From NCBI GenBank assembly GCA_963675495.1, contig OY776215.1, positions 2,080,001-2,144,000 of the forward strand: a stretch of DNA of 64,000 nt, given 5' to 3'. Below the pieces are notes generated by a model, which ran no database searches, was not told the origin of the DNA, and worked only from the letters and a program-made list of their open reading frames with translations. Source of the stretch: an uncultured Methanolobus sp. GTDB taxonomy: Archaea; Halobacteriota; Methanosarcinia; Methanosarcinales; Methanosarcinaceae. Each line of letters begins with the position of its first letter. The stretch's first letter is position 1. The position numbers and the translations under genes are program-made. Shown here one piece after another: positions 38,076 to 48,100 of this stretch.

Positions 38076-39722
38076 TCAGTTTATTTTCAGATTCTTTGTC
38101 ATATAAACATTTTCCAGTTCATAACCTGCTTTTCGGTAGTACTGGCGCACACCAATACCGCTTATTACTGCAATCTTCTCATATCCGGCATCCAAGGCAA
38201 TTTCCTCTGCCTTTGAAATGAGTTCTCTGCCATATCCTCTGTGCTGCCAGTCGTCATTTCCAGCATTTTTTCCAACAGCTACAGATGATCCGAATATATG
38301 GAGTTCTCTTACAAGAGCAGCATTTTCTAACTCTTTACGATGAGGGCTGTCAGGAAACCTTAATCTAAGGAACCCTATCAATATGTCTTTTTTAAGGTCT
38401 TCAAAGGCAATAAAATGTTCTTTTCCTCCACAGCACTCATATGATTCCACGGTCAGTTGTATGTTGTCCATATCGGGCTCATTTCCTTTTAGTATGTTGT
38501 GCCCTACTTCACGGCATCTTATGCAGTGGCATTTTCCACCATGCTGTTCCAGATGTTTGTGTGCAAGTTGGCGGATATTACTTTTTTTTACTCCTGCAAG
38601 TATCTGGGGTGCAGGTATATCCCTCTGTATGCGCTGTAACCTGACCCATTTAGGGATAAAGGACTTGATATTGGACAGAAGCACTGTTGCTTCTTCATCT
38701 CCCATGGCTTTGTACTTACCCTGTTTCCACATTCTGTGTAATTCTGTTCCTTCAGTAACAAGGGTGGGATATATTTTCAGATAATCAGGCTTGAATCCTG
38801 TATTTTCAAATAATCTCTTAAAATTCCGTGTGTCCGTTTCCATATCCGTTCCAGGCAGTCCCGGCATCATATGGAATCCTACTTTCAGGGCACTGTCCCT
38901 CATAACTCTGTTCGCCTCGATACTGTCTGCAACACTGTGACCCCGTTTCATTCTCTCAAGAACGAAATCATAAGTGCTTTGAACACCGATTTCGACCTTA
39001 GTTGCTCCAAGTTCGAGCATCTTATCAATGTGGGTTTTTTTTGCCCAATCGGGGCGTGTTTCAAATGTAATGCCCGTGTTTCTTACCTCTGATGTCTCGT
39101 TTGCCTTCTGGACATCCTCTATTGTATAATATGGAACTGTCTTTCCAATTGGGTTTGCCTTCTGCCTCCAGGAGTCGCCGTAGAAATCATTCATAGCTTC
39201 AAGACAGCGTTTTGTGTACCATTCCTGGTAATCGATCGACCTTGCAGAAAAAGTGCCTCCCATAATTATAAGTTCGGCTTTTTTAACTTCATGTCCAATG
39301 TGCTTTAACTGGGTCAGTCTATTTGTCACTATCCTGTAGGGGTCATAGTCTAATTGTATTGCCCTCATGGTGGAGGGCTCCCTTCCCATGTAACTCTGTG
39401 GTGAGTTAAATTCTGAGTCTGGTCCTCCGGGACATGGGACACATATACCATGTGGGCATGAGGCAGGCGATGTCATTGCAGCAATCACTGCAACTCCCGA
39501 TATTGTGCGTACGGGCTTACGCTGAAGTATGGATCGAACCTTTTCCTGCTCTTCGTCAGTGCCTGACATAATAATGTCTGCATTTTTAGGAAGGGTCGAA
39601 AGACGAAACTGTTTTGCAAACATTTTCTTAGTTTCACTTAGTTGCTTATCGTTAGTTATCTGGCCATTAAGTACCATTTCCAGCATGTTTCTACAGGCTG
39701 TTTCAAAGTCATTTTCAGTCAT
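38076..39722 (-). CDS. elp3: Elp3 tRNA U34 carboxymethyltransferase (radical SAM + KAT)
   Basis: CPHGICVPCPGG, ETRPD, WQHRGYG. Confidence 0.95.
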   Translation of the reverse strand: MTENDFETACRNMLEMVLNGQITNDKQLSETKKMFAKQFRLSTLPKNADIIMSGTDEEQEKVRSILQRKPVRTISGVAVIAAMTSPASCPHGICVPCPGGPDSEFNSPQSYMGREPSTMRAIQLDYDPYRIVTNRLTQLKHIGHEVKKAELIIMGGTFSARSIDYQEWYTKRCLEAMNDFYGDSWRQKANPIGKTVPYYTIEDVQKANETSEVRNTGITFETRPDWAKKTHIDKMLELGATKVEIGVQSTYDFVLERMKRGHSVADSIEANRVMRDSALKVGFHMMPGLPGTDMETDTRNFKRLFENTGFKPDYLKIYPTLVTEGTELHRMWKQGKYKAMGDEEATVLLSNIKSFIPKWVRLQRIQRDIPAPQILAGVKKSNIRQLAHKHLEQHGGKCHCIRCREVGHNILKGNEPDMDNIQLTVESYECCGGKEHFIAFEDLKKDILIGFLRLRFPDSPHRKELENAALVRELHIFGSSVAVGKNAGNDDWQHRGYGRELISKAEEIALDAGYEKIAVISGIGVRQYYRKAGYELENVYMTKNLKIN

Positions 39723-39755
39723 TTTAACCGTGAAAATATTGAGATTATATCCGAA

Positions 39756-40784
39756 TCATTGACAGAATCCTGCAACCAGTGCTTCCAGCTGTATTCTATC
39801 GTTTGCAGTTTCTGTCAGGTAAAAATCAGTGTCTGCTATTTTTGTGACCCATTTGGCAATGGTATTATCCGCTTCGTTGGAATTCACTGTTACCTTGTGC
39901 AGCTGAAGTAATATTTCCTGCCCGGACAGTCCTTCTTCGAGTATGAGTGCATCAATGTATTTTCTGGCTTCAAGAATATTCTTTGAAGTTATTGATTCAA
40001 AGAGACTTGCTATGTTCTCTGATTGCTCTCCCAGTGTTGCATCGTATATTTGCTGAGGTCCAATACTCTCATCTGCAGATTGGACGGATGCTATCTGGAG
40101 CGTGTTCAATGCCCTTGCGATATTGCCTCTTGCATGATATACCAGTGCATCAATACCGTCACTATTGATCTGAAGCCCCTCGGCATCGACCACCGTGCTA
40201 ATGAACTTTGCAATTTTGTCATCTGAAACATGCGTGAAGAACAGTTGTAAACCCCTTGATCTAAGAGGGCTTATCAGCTTGGAAGGCTGGGTTGTTGAAA
40301 GTATGAAACGAGAAGATGTTGTATACTTTTCCATTATCCTTCTCAGGGCGTGCTGTGAATCAGAATTGAGCGATTCGGCATTATCAATGAATATTATCTT
40401 AAAATCCGAATCAACAGGTGGCATGCCTGCATATTCATTAATGATGTCCTTGAAGATATTTATCACGCTTTTATTGATCTTCTTTGGATCATCAGTCCCT
40501 ATTATGCGTATGAATCTCTTATCGCGTACAAGGTAGCTTTTTCCCTGCTCAAAAAAATCAGATGCATTGAAGTATGCCAGGTTACGTTCATAACCTTCTC
40601 CATATAATTGGTGGGCAAGTGCAAAAGCTGTACTTGACTTGCCTGAGTTTTCAGGACCGTGGAATACAAAATGTGGAAGGTTATTGGACATGGCCAGCTT
40701 CCTGACCATGTCTACTGATTGTTCATTGCCGACTATTTCGTCAAGGCTTCCAGGCCGGTATTTTACAGTCCACAGATCCTTCAA
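39756..40784 (-). CDS. Replication factor C small subunit 2 (degenerate ATPase motifs)
   Basis: WTVKYRP, GPENSGKS, IDNAE, ALRRIME, LRSR. Confidence 0.88.
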   Translation of the reverse strand: MKDLWTVKYRPGSLDEIVGNEQSVDMVRKLAMSNNLPHFVFHGPENSGKSSTAFALAHQLYGEGYERNLAYFNASDFFEQGKSYLVRDKRFIRIIGTDDPKKINKSVINIFKDIINEYAGMPPVDSDFKIIFIDNAESLNSDSQHALRRIMEKYTTSSRFILSTTQPSKLISPLRSRGLQLFFTHVSDDKIAKFISTVVDAEGLQINSDGIDALVYHARGNIARALNTLQIASVQSADESIGPQQIYDATLGEQSENIASLFESITSKNILEARKYIDALILEEGLSGQEILLQLHKVTVNSNEADNTIAKWVTKIADTDFYLTETANDRIQLEALVAGFCQ

Positions 40785-40801
40785 ATTATCACCTTTTTCT
40801 T

Positions 40802-42493
40802 TTATTCAACGTCTTTTGAGTCTGCCTGAAGAATTTCATGTATCACTTTGCCATATACTGGTCTTGCAATAAGGATGCCTATCATGACACCTACTATGGT
40901 TGTTATTGCAAATCCCTTGAGGGCACCGAAGCCCATGACCACCAGAGGTGACATTGCGATAATGGTCGTTGCAGCAGCCGCAAATATTATTCCGAATGCT
41001 TTTGTGATCCTTGAGAGGTAAACCTTTCTTGGTGGAAGCTTTCCTTCGTATAATACTTCATCTGTGATGATGACAAGGTGGTCGATACCTGTTCCTATGG
41101 CTGCGATGATACCTGCAATACTTGCAAGGTCAAGCTGCCATCCAATTGCAGCTGCAAAACCAAGTATCATTATAACTTCACTTATAGAAGTACCTACCAT
41201 TGGTACAAGTATTCCTGGCTTGTTATACTTCCTGAATACCACAAAGGCAACAGCGAGCAATGCCAGAAGACCTGCAATAGTGGCCTGTCCCTTGAACTGT
41301 TGACCAAGTGCTGCATCCACATGTCCTGAACCCATGAGTTCTACATTAACAGGTAATGCGCCTGCACGCAGATGGATCTGCAATTCCTCGGCTCTTGTCT
41401 TACTATCCTCATCAGGTCCGGTAGATGCCTGCCATGCGTATATTGGCACTTCTTCAAGTCTGGATGCAGCTGAATAACTTAATGGTGCGCTGTAGACTTC
41501 ATTATCATCCAGATACATTACCAGATTATGCGACATTGGATCTGTAGTCGCACCGGTTTCTGTAGCAACTTCCTGGAGTGCAAGGGCACCTGTGTCTGTT
41601 AATGTAAATGGTACGTACCACTGTCCGTCATCCTCGTGGAATCCCACAATACTGACAGCTTCTATATCGTCTCCATAAAGGACGTGCTTTGACTCGTTGC
41701 CCTGGGTCACGATCCTTATCTCGAACTTGCCCGGTTTTTCAGCGATATTCTTGGCAGTTGCAAGGTCAATTCCTGCAAAGTCAATGAGTATGTAATCATC
41801 ACCCACTGTTTTTACTGGTATGTCTTTAAGTCCGAGGGAATTGAGCTTGTCACTCAGTATTTCCTTGGTCATGTCCCTTGTTTCTGTTGTGACTCCTTCC
41901 TTGTAAATTGCATCTCCGTTGATGTCAGTTACAATTGAGCCACCTACAACTGCCATGAGCTCCTGAAGTTCTTCCTGTGAAATGGCAGTCCTTATCTCAT
42001 ATTCCACATTATCAGAAACAAGTGTAGGAATGACTTCTGCTTTGAGTGAATCTGCCAGGTATGTTTTTATCAGTGTCACTTTTGAAGAGTGAAGTATGAC
42101 CTCTGTCACATTGTTGCTGCGGGAGATGGTGGTCTGGCCCACTGCAAGCTGATCCATCTGATTATTTGTAAGTATTGAATCTGAAGTAAAAGTTATTGTG
42201 GTATCATCAGTTCCTTCATCAACTGATCGTATCTCCACTTCTTCTCCAAGATTTATATTGACTATTTCCTTAACCAAAAGACCATTATCAGCATCAAGCT
42301 CTGCAACAGCGCCCTGAAGTTTTAATTGAAGCCAGGAGCCGCCTTCCAGATCAAGTCCATAGTTGAGATTGCTTGTGAATCCTTCGTCTGCAGAGTACCA
42401 TGGCTGTATAAAGATTATAGATCCGATTATGGCCAGAATAAAGACGATTACTCTTAGGTCCTTTAATAAACTCTGTTGTTCATCGTCTTTCAT
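40802..42493 (-). CDS. secD: Protein translocase subunit SecD
   Basis: GLDLEGG, LRAGALP, IGTGIDH. Confidence 0.93.
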   Translation of the reverse strand: MKDDEQQSLLKDLRVIVFILAIIGSIIFIQPWYSADEGFTSNLNYGLDLEGGSWLQLKLQGAVAELDADNGLLVKEIVNINLGEEVEIRSVDEGTDDTTITFTSDSILTNNQMDQLAVGQTTISRSNNVTEVILHSSKVTLIKTYLADSLKAEVIPTLVSDNVEYEIRTAISQEELQELMAVVGGSIVTDINGDAIYKEGVTTETRDMTKEILSDKLNSLGLKDIPVKTVGDDYILIDFAGIDLATAKNIAEKPGKFEIRIVTQGNESKHVLYGDDIEAVSIVGFHEDDGQWYVPFTLTDTGALALQEVATETGATTDPMSHNLVMYLDDNEVYSAPLSYSAASRLEEVPIYAWQASTGPDEDSKTRAEELQIHLRAGALPVNVELMGSGHVDAALGQQFKGQATIAGLLALLAVAFVVFRKYNKPGILVPMVGTSISEVIMILGFAAAIGWQLDLASIAGIIAAIGTGIDHLVIITDEVLYEGKLPPRKVYLSRITKAFGIIFAAAATTIIAMSPLVVMGFGALKGFAITTIVGVMIGILIARPVYGKVIHEILQADSKDVE

Positions 42494-43392
42494 GCTTTAC
42501 GCCTCCTTGTGCCTACGCTTGTCACATGCCACCTGAGTATTGATGTGTTAAGCATCCAGGTGTTCATCATATCTGCGAGCAGTCCGAATATCAGGACAAT
42601 GGATATGTCTGAAAGAAGGGTGATCTGTGAAAGTGATGAACTTAGTAAGTATGAGTAAGTTGATACCAGGTACATTACTACAAGGGCAGCCAAAGTGGTG
42701 GTTGTCATTGTTATACCAGTATGCATTGCATTGCTAATGTTCTCTTGTGGAGTTCCACGCCTTTTGAGGACCCTTGTGGTGAGTAAAATATCACTGTCAA
42801 CGGAATAACCGATTAGCATGAGAAGGGCTGCAACAGTTCCCAGGGACAATTCTATCCCAACGATGTTCATGAATGCCGCTGCAATGAAAATGTCGGATAA
42901 TGCTGACACTACTACTGCCAGTGATGGAATAAATGTCCTGAATATCAAAAAGACCACAAGTGCCATTCCGATAAATGATATAATAACTGCTTTAACAGCC
43001 TGGTTCTGAAGGGCTTCCCCATATACAGGTCCTATCTGGTTTATTTCGACATTATCATAGGACTCGATCACATCATTGACAAGTTCCTGTTGTAGTTCGT
43101 TACTCATTGGTCCAAATTGCATTATCAAACGGGTTCCAGCCTGTCTGACATCAGTTATGGGATAATCTGAGTATTTTAGTTCAATGGATTGTACACTTTC
43201 CTCTGTTGCCACAGAGACCATTGTTCCGCCCTTAAATTCCATACCAAGCTTCACAGGTGCGCCGCTACTTGCAAATGTAAATGCAAGTATCAATAATGCA
43301 ATTACAAATATTGTAAGCGGGATTGCTGCAAGCTGACGATCGTTGTGCTTTCTAACAAAAGAATCTAAACGTTCAGTCAAACCGACTTCCAT
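42490..43392 (-). CDS. secF: Protein translocase subunit SecF
   Basis: LGMEFKGG, IGYSVDSD. Confidence 0.93.
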   Translation of the reverse strand: MEVGLTERLDSFVRKHNDRQLAAIPLTIFVIALLILAFTFASSGAPVKLGMEFKGGTMVSVATEESVQSIELKYSDYPITDVRQAGTRLIMQFGPMSNELQQELVNDVIESYDNVEINQIGPVYGEALQNQAVKAVIISFIGMALVVFLIFRTFIPSLAVVVSALSDIFIAAAFMNIVGIELSLGTVAALLMLIGYSVDSDILLTTRVLKRRGTPQENISNAMHTGITMTTTTLAALVVMYLVSTYSYLLSSSLSQITLLSDISIVLIFGLLADMMNTWMLNTSILRWHVTSVGTRRRKA

Positions 43393-43503
43393 GTTTTATG
43401 CTCCAGAATAATAAGTTCTCAATCCATACTTTTATTTTTTAAAATTGATGAATACTCTCTTACACTATAACTTATATATACCACTTACTGCTTCTTTTAA
43501 GCA

Positions 43504-43965
43504 ATGAATGACAGGCCAAGTATAGATGAGTATTTCCTTGAGATAGCCACGGTTGTGGCTAAACGTTCTACATGTCTTAGAAACAAGGTTGGCGCTGTGA
43601 TTGCAAGGGATAAGCGTATATTGTCTACAGGGTACAATGGTGCTCCACGGAACATGGAGCATTGTCTTGACATAGGTTGCATCAGGCAGCAAAATAATAT
43701 TGCTTCGGGTACACGTCATGAGAAATGCAGGGCCGTTCATGCTGAACAGAATGCTATCATTCAGGCTGCTCTGCATGGAGTGAGTACAGATGCTGCGACA
43801 CTTTACTGCACTCACCAGCCATGTATATTGTGTACCAAGATGATCATCAATTCTAATATCAAAAGAGTTGTCTATATTCAACCTTATCCTGATACCGATG
43901 CTCTTGAATTCTTCTCACAGGCAGGTGTTGAAGTAGTTAATATGCCGATATCAGACTTTGCTTAA
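43504..43965 (+). CDS. dCMP deaminase family protein
   Basis: HAEQNA, PCILC zinc motif. Confidence 0.92.
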   Translation: MNDRPSIDEYFLEIATVVAKRSTCLRNKVGAVIARDKRILSTGYNGAPRNMEHCLDIGCIRQQNNIASGTRHEKCRAVHAEQNAIIQAALHGVSTDAATLYCTHQPCILCTKMIINSNIKRVVYIQPYPDTDALEFFSQAGVEVVNMPISDFA

Positions 43966-44709
43966 ACAGCGAAGTCCTTTTTTGATTATATCTTCACGGT
44001 CATTTCGGTACATCTCTTTTATAGAACCATCGTCAGATCTAAGCTCCAGTCCTCTCAGAATCACTACCGGACATCCTCCGTCACCTTCACCCATCAGCAG
44101 ATTGGCAGCACCTGCAATTTCATCAGCTATGGCTTCCTCGGTGACTTCCAGTGTGTTTCCAAAGAGATCCTTTTGTCCTTTCCAGTTCTTTATCGGATGT
44201 ATTTTGTACACTCCAACGGCAATACCTGTCTGGCCGATCTTGAATGCTCTGCCATTGGTGTCAGTAATTATAACACTTACTTTTTTTCCTGTCTTGCTTT
44301 CAATACCTTCACCAATGTCTTTTGCACTCTGGTCTGAATTTGCCGGAAGGTCGAGCATGTAGCCTTTTTCTACATTTGATTCATCTATTCCTGCTTTGAT
44401 ACAAACATGTCCGTTGTCTGTTTCTACGAGAAATATCGGATAATCCACCAGTATCTCATGGCTGCGGTCAAGGACTGCCTGGACAAATCTTGGATCAATG
44501 CCATGTTTGTTTGCTATTCCTTTTGCCGATTCTCCTGAAATGATATCCTCCAGTCTGAATTGCCTACCTTCAGCTTTTGCAACAATAGTGGATGCTATAA
44601 TTATGACATCACTATCTTCAATACTTGTTCTTTTACAGATGATCGATGCAATGTCATCCCCTTTTTGGATCATAGGGATGTTTTCCACAGTAAATGCATG
44701 CATTTTCAT
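43951..44709 (-). CDS. cofE: Coenzyme F420-0:L-glutamate ligase
   Basis: IVAKAEG, AGIDESN, ITDTNGR, DLFG. Confidence 0.93.
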   Translation of the reverse strand: MKMHAFTVENIPMIQKGDDIASIICKRTSIEDSDVIIIASTIVAKAEGRQFRLEDIISGESAKGIANKHGIDPRFVQAVLDRSHEILVDYPIFLVETDNGHVCIKAGIDESNVEKGYMLDLPANSDQSAKDIGEGIESKTGKKVSVIITDTNGRAFKIGQTGIAVGVYKIHPIKNWKGQKDLFGNTLEVTEEAIADEIAGAANLLMGEGDGGCPVVILRGLELRSDDGSIKEMYRNDREDIIKKGLRCLSKV

Positions 44710-44830
44710 AGGACTCTCCGGATAGTAGGATTCTATTTAATTTAAAAAAATGTTGCTATGCTAATTTATGCTCACAGATTAAATTAATACAAGTTTATCT
44801 TAAGTATGCTGGACTCCAATATAATATTTA

Positions 44831-44960
44831 ATGGAGTGGGTTTATTGAGGCAAACACAGGTTTCATTCGTCTAAACCAACCAACCAGATAATTGAAGCTT
44901 ACATTGATTCGTTTTTAACGTGTTTGCCTCGCCTCCGTTTTTCCCTTCAAAGGAAAAAAG
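44831..44960 (+). ncRNA. Candidate structured sRNA or leader
   Basis: Perfect 11-bp inverted repeat GAGGCAAACAC/GTGTTTGCCTC (44847-44857/44920-44930), extended by ATGGAG/CTCCGT, then a T-run and small hairpin; strand uncertain. Confidence 0.35.
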
Positions 44961-44974
44961 GGATCGTATGGGAA

Positions 44975-45760
44975 TCAGAGTGTTTCAAGTACAGTGGATT
45001 TGCTTATTAAGTGATGAAAAAACTCTTCACTCCAATTAACAGAACTCTGCTTGTATGCCATTATGTATCTTGGATCATAGATTCCACTTATGGTTAGCAG
45101 TCGTAACAGCATAAAATCAGGTGTTACCATAAGGTCTGATAAGTTCAGATTATCCGGGTATACGTAGAATTTCATATTCGGGTATTGTATTAGATCATGT
45201 AATTGCTGTTTATTTTCTAATGTGAATCTGGACAGGACTTCATTTGTAAAGATGCACCTGAAGTTCGTTCCATTTTCTGCATATTTCATGAACAATGCTG
45301 GGTATTCCGAATGGTAGAATGAAGTGGCAGTATCAATACTTTTTGATTTCATGCACAGGGAAATCGCTTTTCTGCTAAGTTCAAGTGCCTCGCATAATTC
45401 CGGCTCGACAAGTTCGCAACTTTCCAGTTCACGCAATCTGTTGAAAAGGTCATTGGGTATACAATCGGTGTTGTGTTTTGTCCAGTAATCCAGTTTACCT
45501 TCAAGAATGTTCAAAGTACTCAGTAGTGGTTGCAGATCATTGACGATTAATTTTCCAAACTTTGAGAGCATATACGCATCTTTTTCTTTGACCACAAGCT
45601 GCCCTTCTTCAAGTATTTTCATTTGGGGAAGTAAAGCAGGCCTGCTTTCGTTAAGGGTCTTCAGGATGCTTTGCATCTCCACAGGTCCGTTCTGCAGCAG
45701 CAATAGTACATCTTTACGTTTTTCCGATCTGCTAATCGTTTCAATTAATGCCCGTCTCAT
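44975..45760 (-). CDS. Winged-helix transcriptional regulator (DUF1724-type)
   Basis: SEKRKDVLLLL, ALLPQMKIL, WSEEFF; start reassigned to ATG after AGGAG. Confidence 0.85.
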   Translation of the reverse strand: MRRALIETISRSEKRKDVLLLLQNGPVEMQSILKTLNESRPALLPQMKILEEGQLVVKEKDAYMLSKFGKLIVNDLQPLLSTLNILEGKLDYWTKHNTDCIPNDLFNRLRELESCELVEPELCEALELSRKAISLCMKSKSIDTATSFYHSEYPALFMKYAENGTNFRCIFTNEVLSRFTLENKQQLHDLIQYPNMKFYVYPDNLNLSDLMVTPDFMLLRLLTISGIYDPRYIMAYKQSSVNWSEEFFHHLISKSTVLETL

Positions 45761-46053
45761 GCCTTTACTCCTAGTCACATTTCTTCCTGACTTGAAAAAG
45801 CCAAAGCTATCTATTGGCATCTGGCTTTGTGGAAAAAAGTAAAGTATATTTTACTTGTTTTTTCCAGAGTGCAAATATGCTGAATGACCAACCTTTTAAG
45901 AGGTTTAATGCTCTATTATATAAGTAAATCGCTTTTCATTTCTTTAATATTAAAGAGTTTCAGACATGATTTTGTATCATATTCTCTCTTTTTTGTATGT
46001 CTGTTCAAAGACCTTTCAAGAAGAATAATATACTATATATGCATAGTATTTTC

Positions 46054-46117
46054 TGCGGCGATGATGACAGTTACCCCGACTGAGCAAAGGATGATGATAT
46101 CTTTAACTGATGCCGCA
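46054..46117 (+). ncRNA. Box C/D methylation-guide sRNA
   Basis: Terminal stem TGCGGC/GCCGCA; C box ATGATGA 46061-67, D' CTGA 46080-83, C' ATGATGA 46091-97, D CTGA 46107-10; TA-rich promoter about 25 nt upstream. Confidence 0.9.
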
Positions 46118-46178
46118 AAAATTCAGGGTTATTAAAAAAGAAAATCCCATATTCTTATGGGAATTTATTCCAAGGCTT

Positions 46179-46640
46179 TTATTCGATCATTATCCTGTGC
46201 TTTTCCTCTATCTCTGCTTTTGGCATTGTTATGGTAAGCACACCATCCTCTAGTTTTGCATTTGCTTCATCTTCTTTGACTGCAGAGGGTAGGTTGAACG
46301 CACGTGCGAATCTGTTGTAAGTACGTTCACGCATCAGGTACCCTTCTTTTTCTTCTTCTGATTCCTTATGCGTGTTGGCACTTATCCATACCTTGTTATC
46401 TCTGATGTCGATGTCGATATCTTTCTTATCAACGCCAGGCAGGTCTGTTTTGACAATGATGTCATTATCTTTCTCCTTTATATCCACAAGAGGGGAAAGT
46501 GTGTCAATATCCATCATTTCAGATCTTGCTTCACCTTCACCGAATAAACTGTTGAGACGTTCCTGCATGCTTCTTATCTCGTTAAAAGGGTCCCAACTGG
46601 AAGCTAAAGCCGGGCTCCAGGGTCTTAGTCCAAATTTCAT
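46179..46640 (-). CDS. Small heat-shock protein Hsp20
   Basis: DLPGV, ERTY...F-R, AKLEDGVLTITMPK alpha-crystallin domain. Confidence 0.95.
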   Translation of the reverse strand: MKFGLRPWSPALASSWDPFNEIRSMQERLNSLFGEGEARSEMMDIDTLSPLVDIKEKDNDIIVKTDLPGVDKKDIDIDIRDNKVWISANTHKESEEEKEGYLMRERTYNRFARAFNLPSAVKEDEANAKLEDGVLTITMPKAEIEEKHRIMIE

Positions 46641-46792
46641 TTAACCACTCCTCATTTATTTATAGATGAGACTATCAGTTTTGTTGACAACCCCACAAAA
46701 TATTATTATGTTAGTGTTTCTATATATAAGTGGTGAGTTGTGGTCTTACTCATAAAAAAGATATGAAGGGGCAAAGTGTGCAATTGCCTCGT

Positions 46793-47989
46793 TCACTTCA
46801 TATTGATTAACATTCCCACCAGGTCAGGTGCATATACTGTTCCAAGTGAACCTTTCTGAACAGAATCTTCGTCAAATGCATCTGCATTATCAGGAGCTTT
46901 CTCAGAAGTTCTGTATATGGCCACAGGAATTGGAACGGATGTATGGGTTCTTAGCGCAATAGGTGTTGGATGGTCCGGCAATACCATAATTGTCACATCC
47001 TCCTCCATTTCGATGGCAGCCTTAAGAACGGTGCCTACGACCTTCTCATCGAAATCCTCTATTGCCTGTATTTTCGCATTCATATCTCCCATGTGGCCTG
47101 CCTCATCAGGTGCTTCCACGTGTACGAACACGAAATCATGGTCTTTGAGGGCTTCTATGGCATACTCTCCCTTGCCAATATAATTTGTATCCAGGTAACC
47201 GGTTGCTCCTGGGACCTCAATGACATCAAGTCCTGCGTAGATTCCTATTCCTTTTACAAGGTCGACAGCTGAGATTATAGCACCCTTGAGTCCGTAAAGC
47301 TCGTTGAAATGAGTGAATGCAGGTGCAAATCCCTGTCCCCAAAGCCATATGGAGTTCCCAGGATTCTTGCCCTGGGCAATTCTTTTTTCATTTACTTGTT
47401 GCGCTTCCAGTATTTTCATGGATCTTTCTATAAGATCTGAGATGCTCTCGCTGTCCTCTCCCTTTGGCATGTGTTCATGCCTGTTCTCATCGATAACATC
47501 ATGTGGTGGTACGCATTCTGTATTAGCTCCTAGTCCTTTCTTTGCTACCATGAGGTGCCTGTAGCTGATGCCCGGGTGGAAACTGAGTTTATCGCTACCA
47601 AGTTCAGAATCTATGCTCTCAATGAGTTCCTTGGCTTCCTCATTAGTGATATGTCCTGAACTGTAATCGACAATGAGATCATCTTTGATAGTTATGAGGT
47701 TACAGCGAAATGCAACATCGTCCTTTTCGAGATCCACTCCCATACTTGCAGCTTCAAGAGGTGCCCTTCCCGAATAGTACTTCTTAGGATCATAGCCCAC
47801 AATTGACATATTCGCCACATCACTTCCGGGCGGCAATCCTTCAGGGACTGTTTGTGCCAGTCCTGCTCTGCCATACATGGTAATATAATCCATATTGCTT
47901 GTGTTGGCTTTCTGAAGAACTGTCATTCCTCCAAGTTCCTCCAGAGGCTCATCTGCCATGCCATCTCCGATAAGTACTACATATTTCAT
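46793..47989 (-). CDS. apgM: 2,3-bisphosphoglycerate-independent phosphoglycerate mutase (archaeal type)
   Basis: [27 protein letters not shown]. Confidence 0.92.
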   Translation of the reverse strand: MKYVVLIGDGMADEPLEELGGMTVLQKANTSNMDYITMYGRAGLAQTVPEGLPPGSDVANMSIVGYDPKKYYSGRAPLEAASMGVDLEKDDVAFRCNLITIKDDLIVDYSSGHITNEEAKELIESIDSELGSDKLSFHPGISYRHLMVAKKGLGANTECVPPHDVIDENRHEHMPKGEDSESISDLIERSMKILEAQQVNEKRIAQGKNPGNSIWLWGQGFAPAFTHFNELYGLKGAIISAVDLVKGIGIYAGLDVIEVPGATGYLDTNYIGKGEYAIEALKDHDFVFVHVEAPDEAGHMGDMNAKIQAIEDFDEKVVGTVLKAAIEMEEDVTIMVLPDHPTPIALRTHTSVPIPVAIYRTSEKAPDNADAFDEDSVQKGSLGTVYAPDLVGMLINMK

Positions 47990-48100
47990 ATTTTCACCTA
48001 TATTAATAGAAATAAATAAAAACTATAAGGCATTAATATATGTCAGCTATGTAACATAACATTATGTCATTTTTACCCAGTCTAATTATGTGAGGTTTCG

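Noticed and set aside
45884-46135. 83-aa + strand ORF
   Set aside because: No recognisable motifs or RBS; overlaps the box C/D RNA and its promoter, which explain the sequence better
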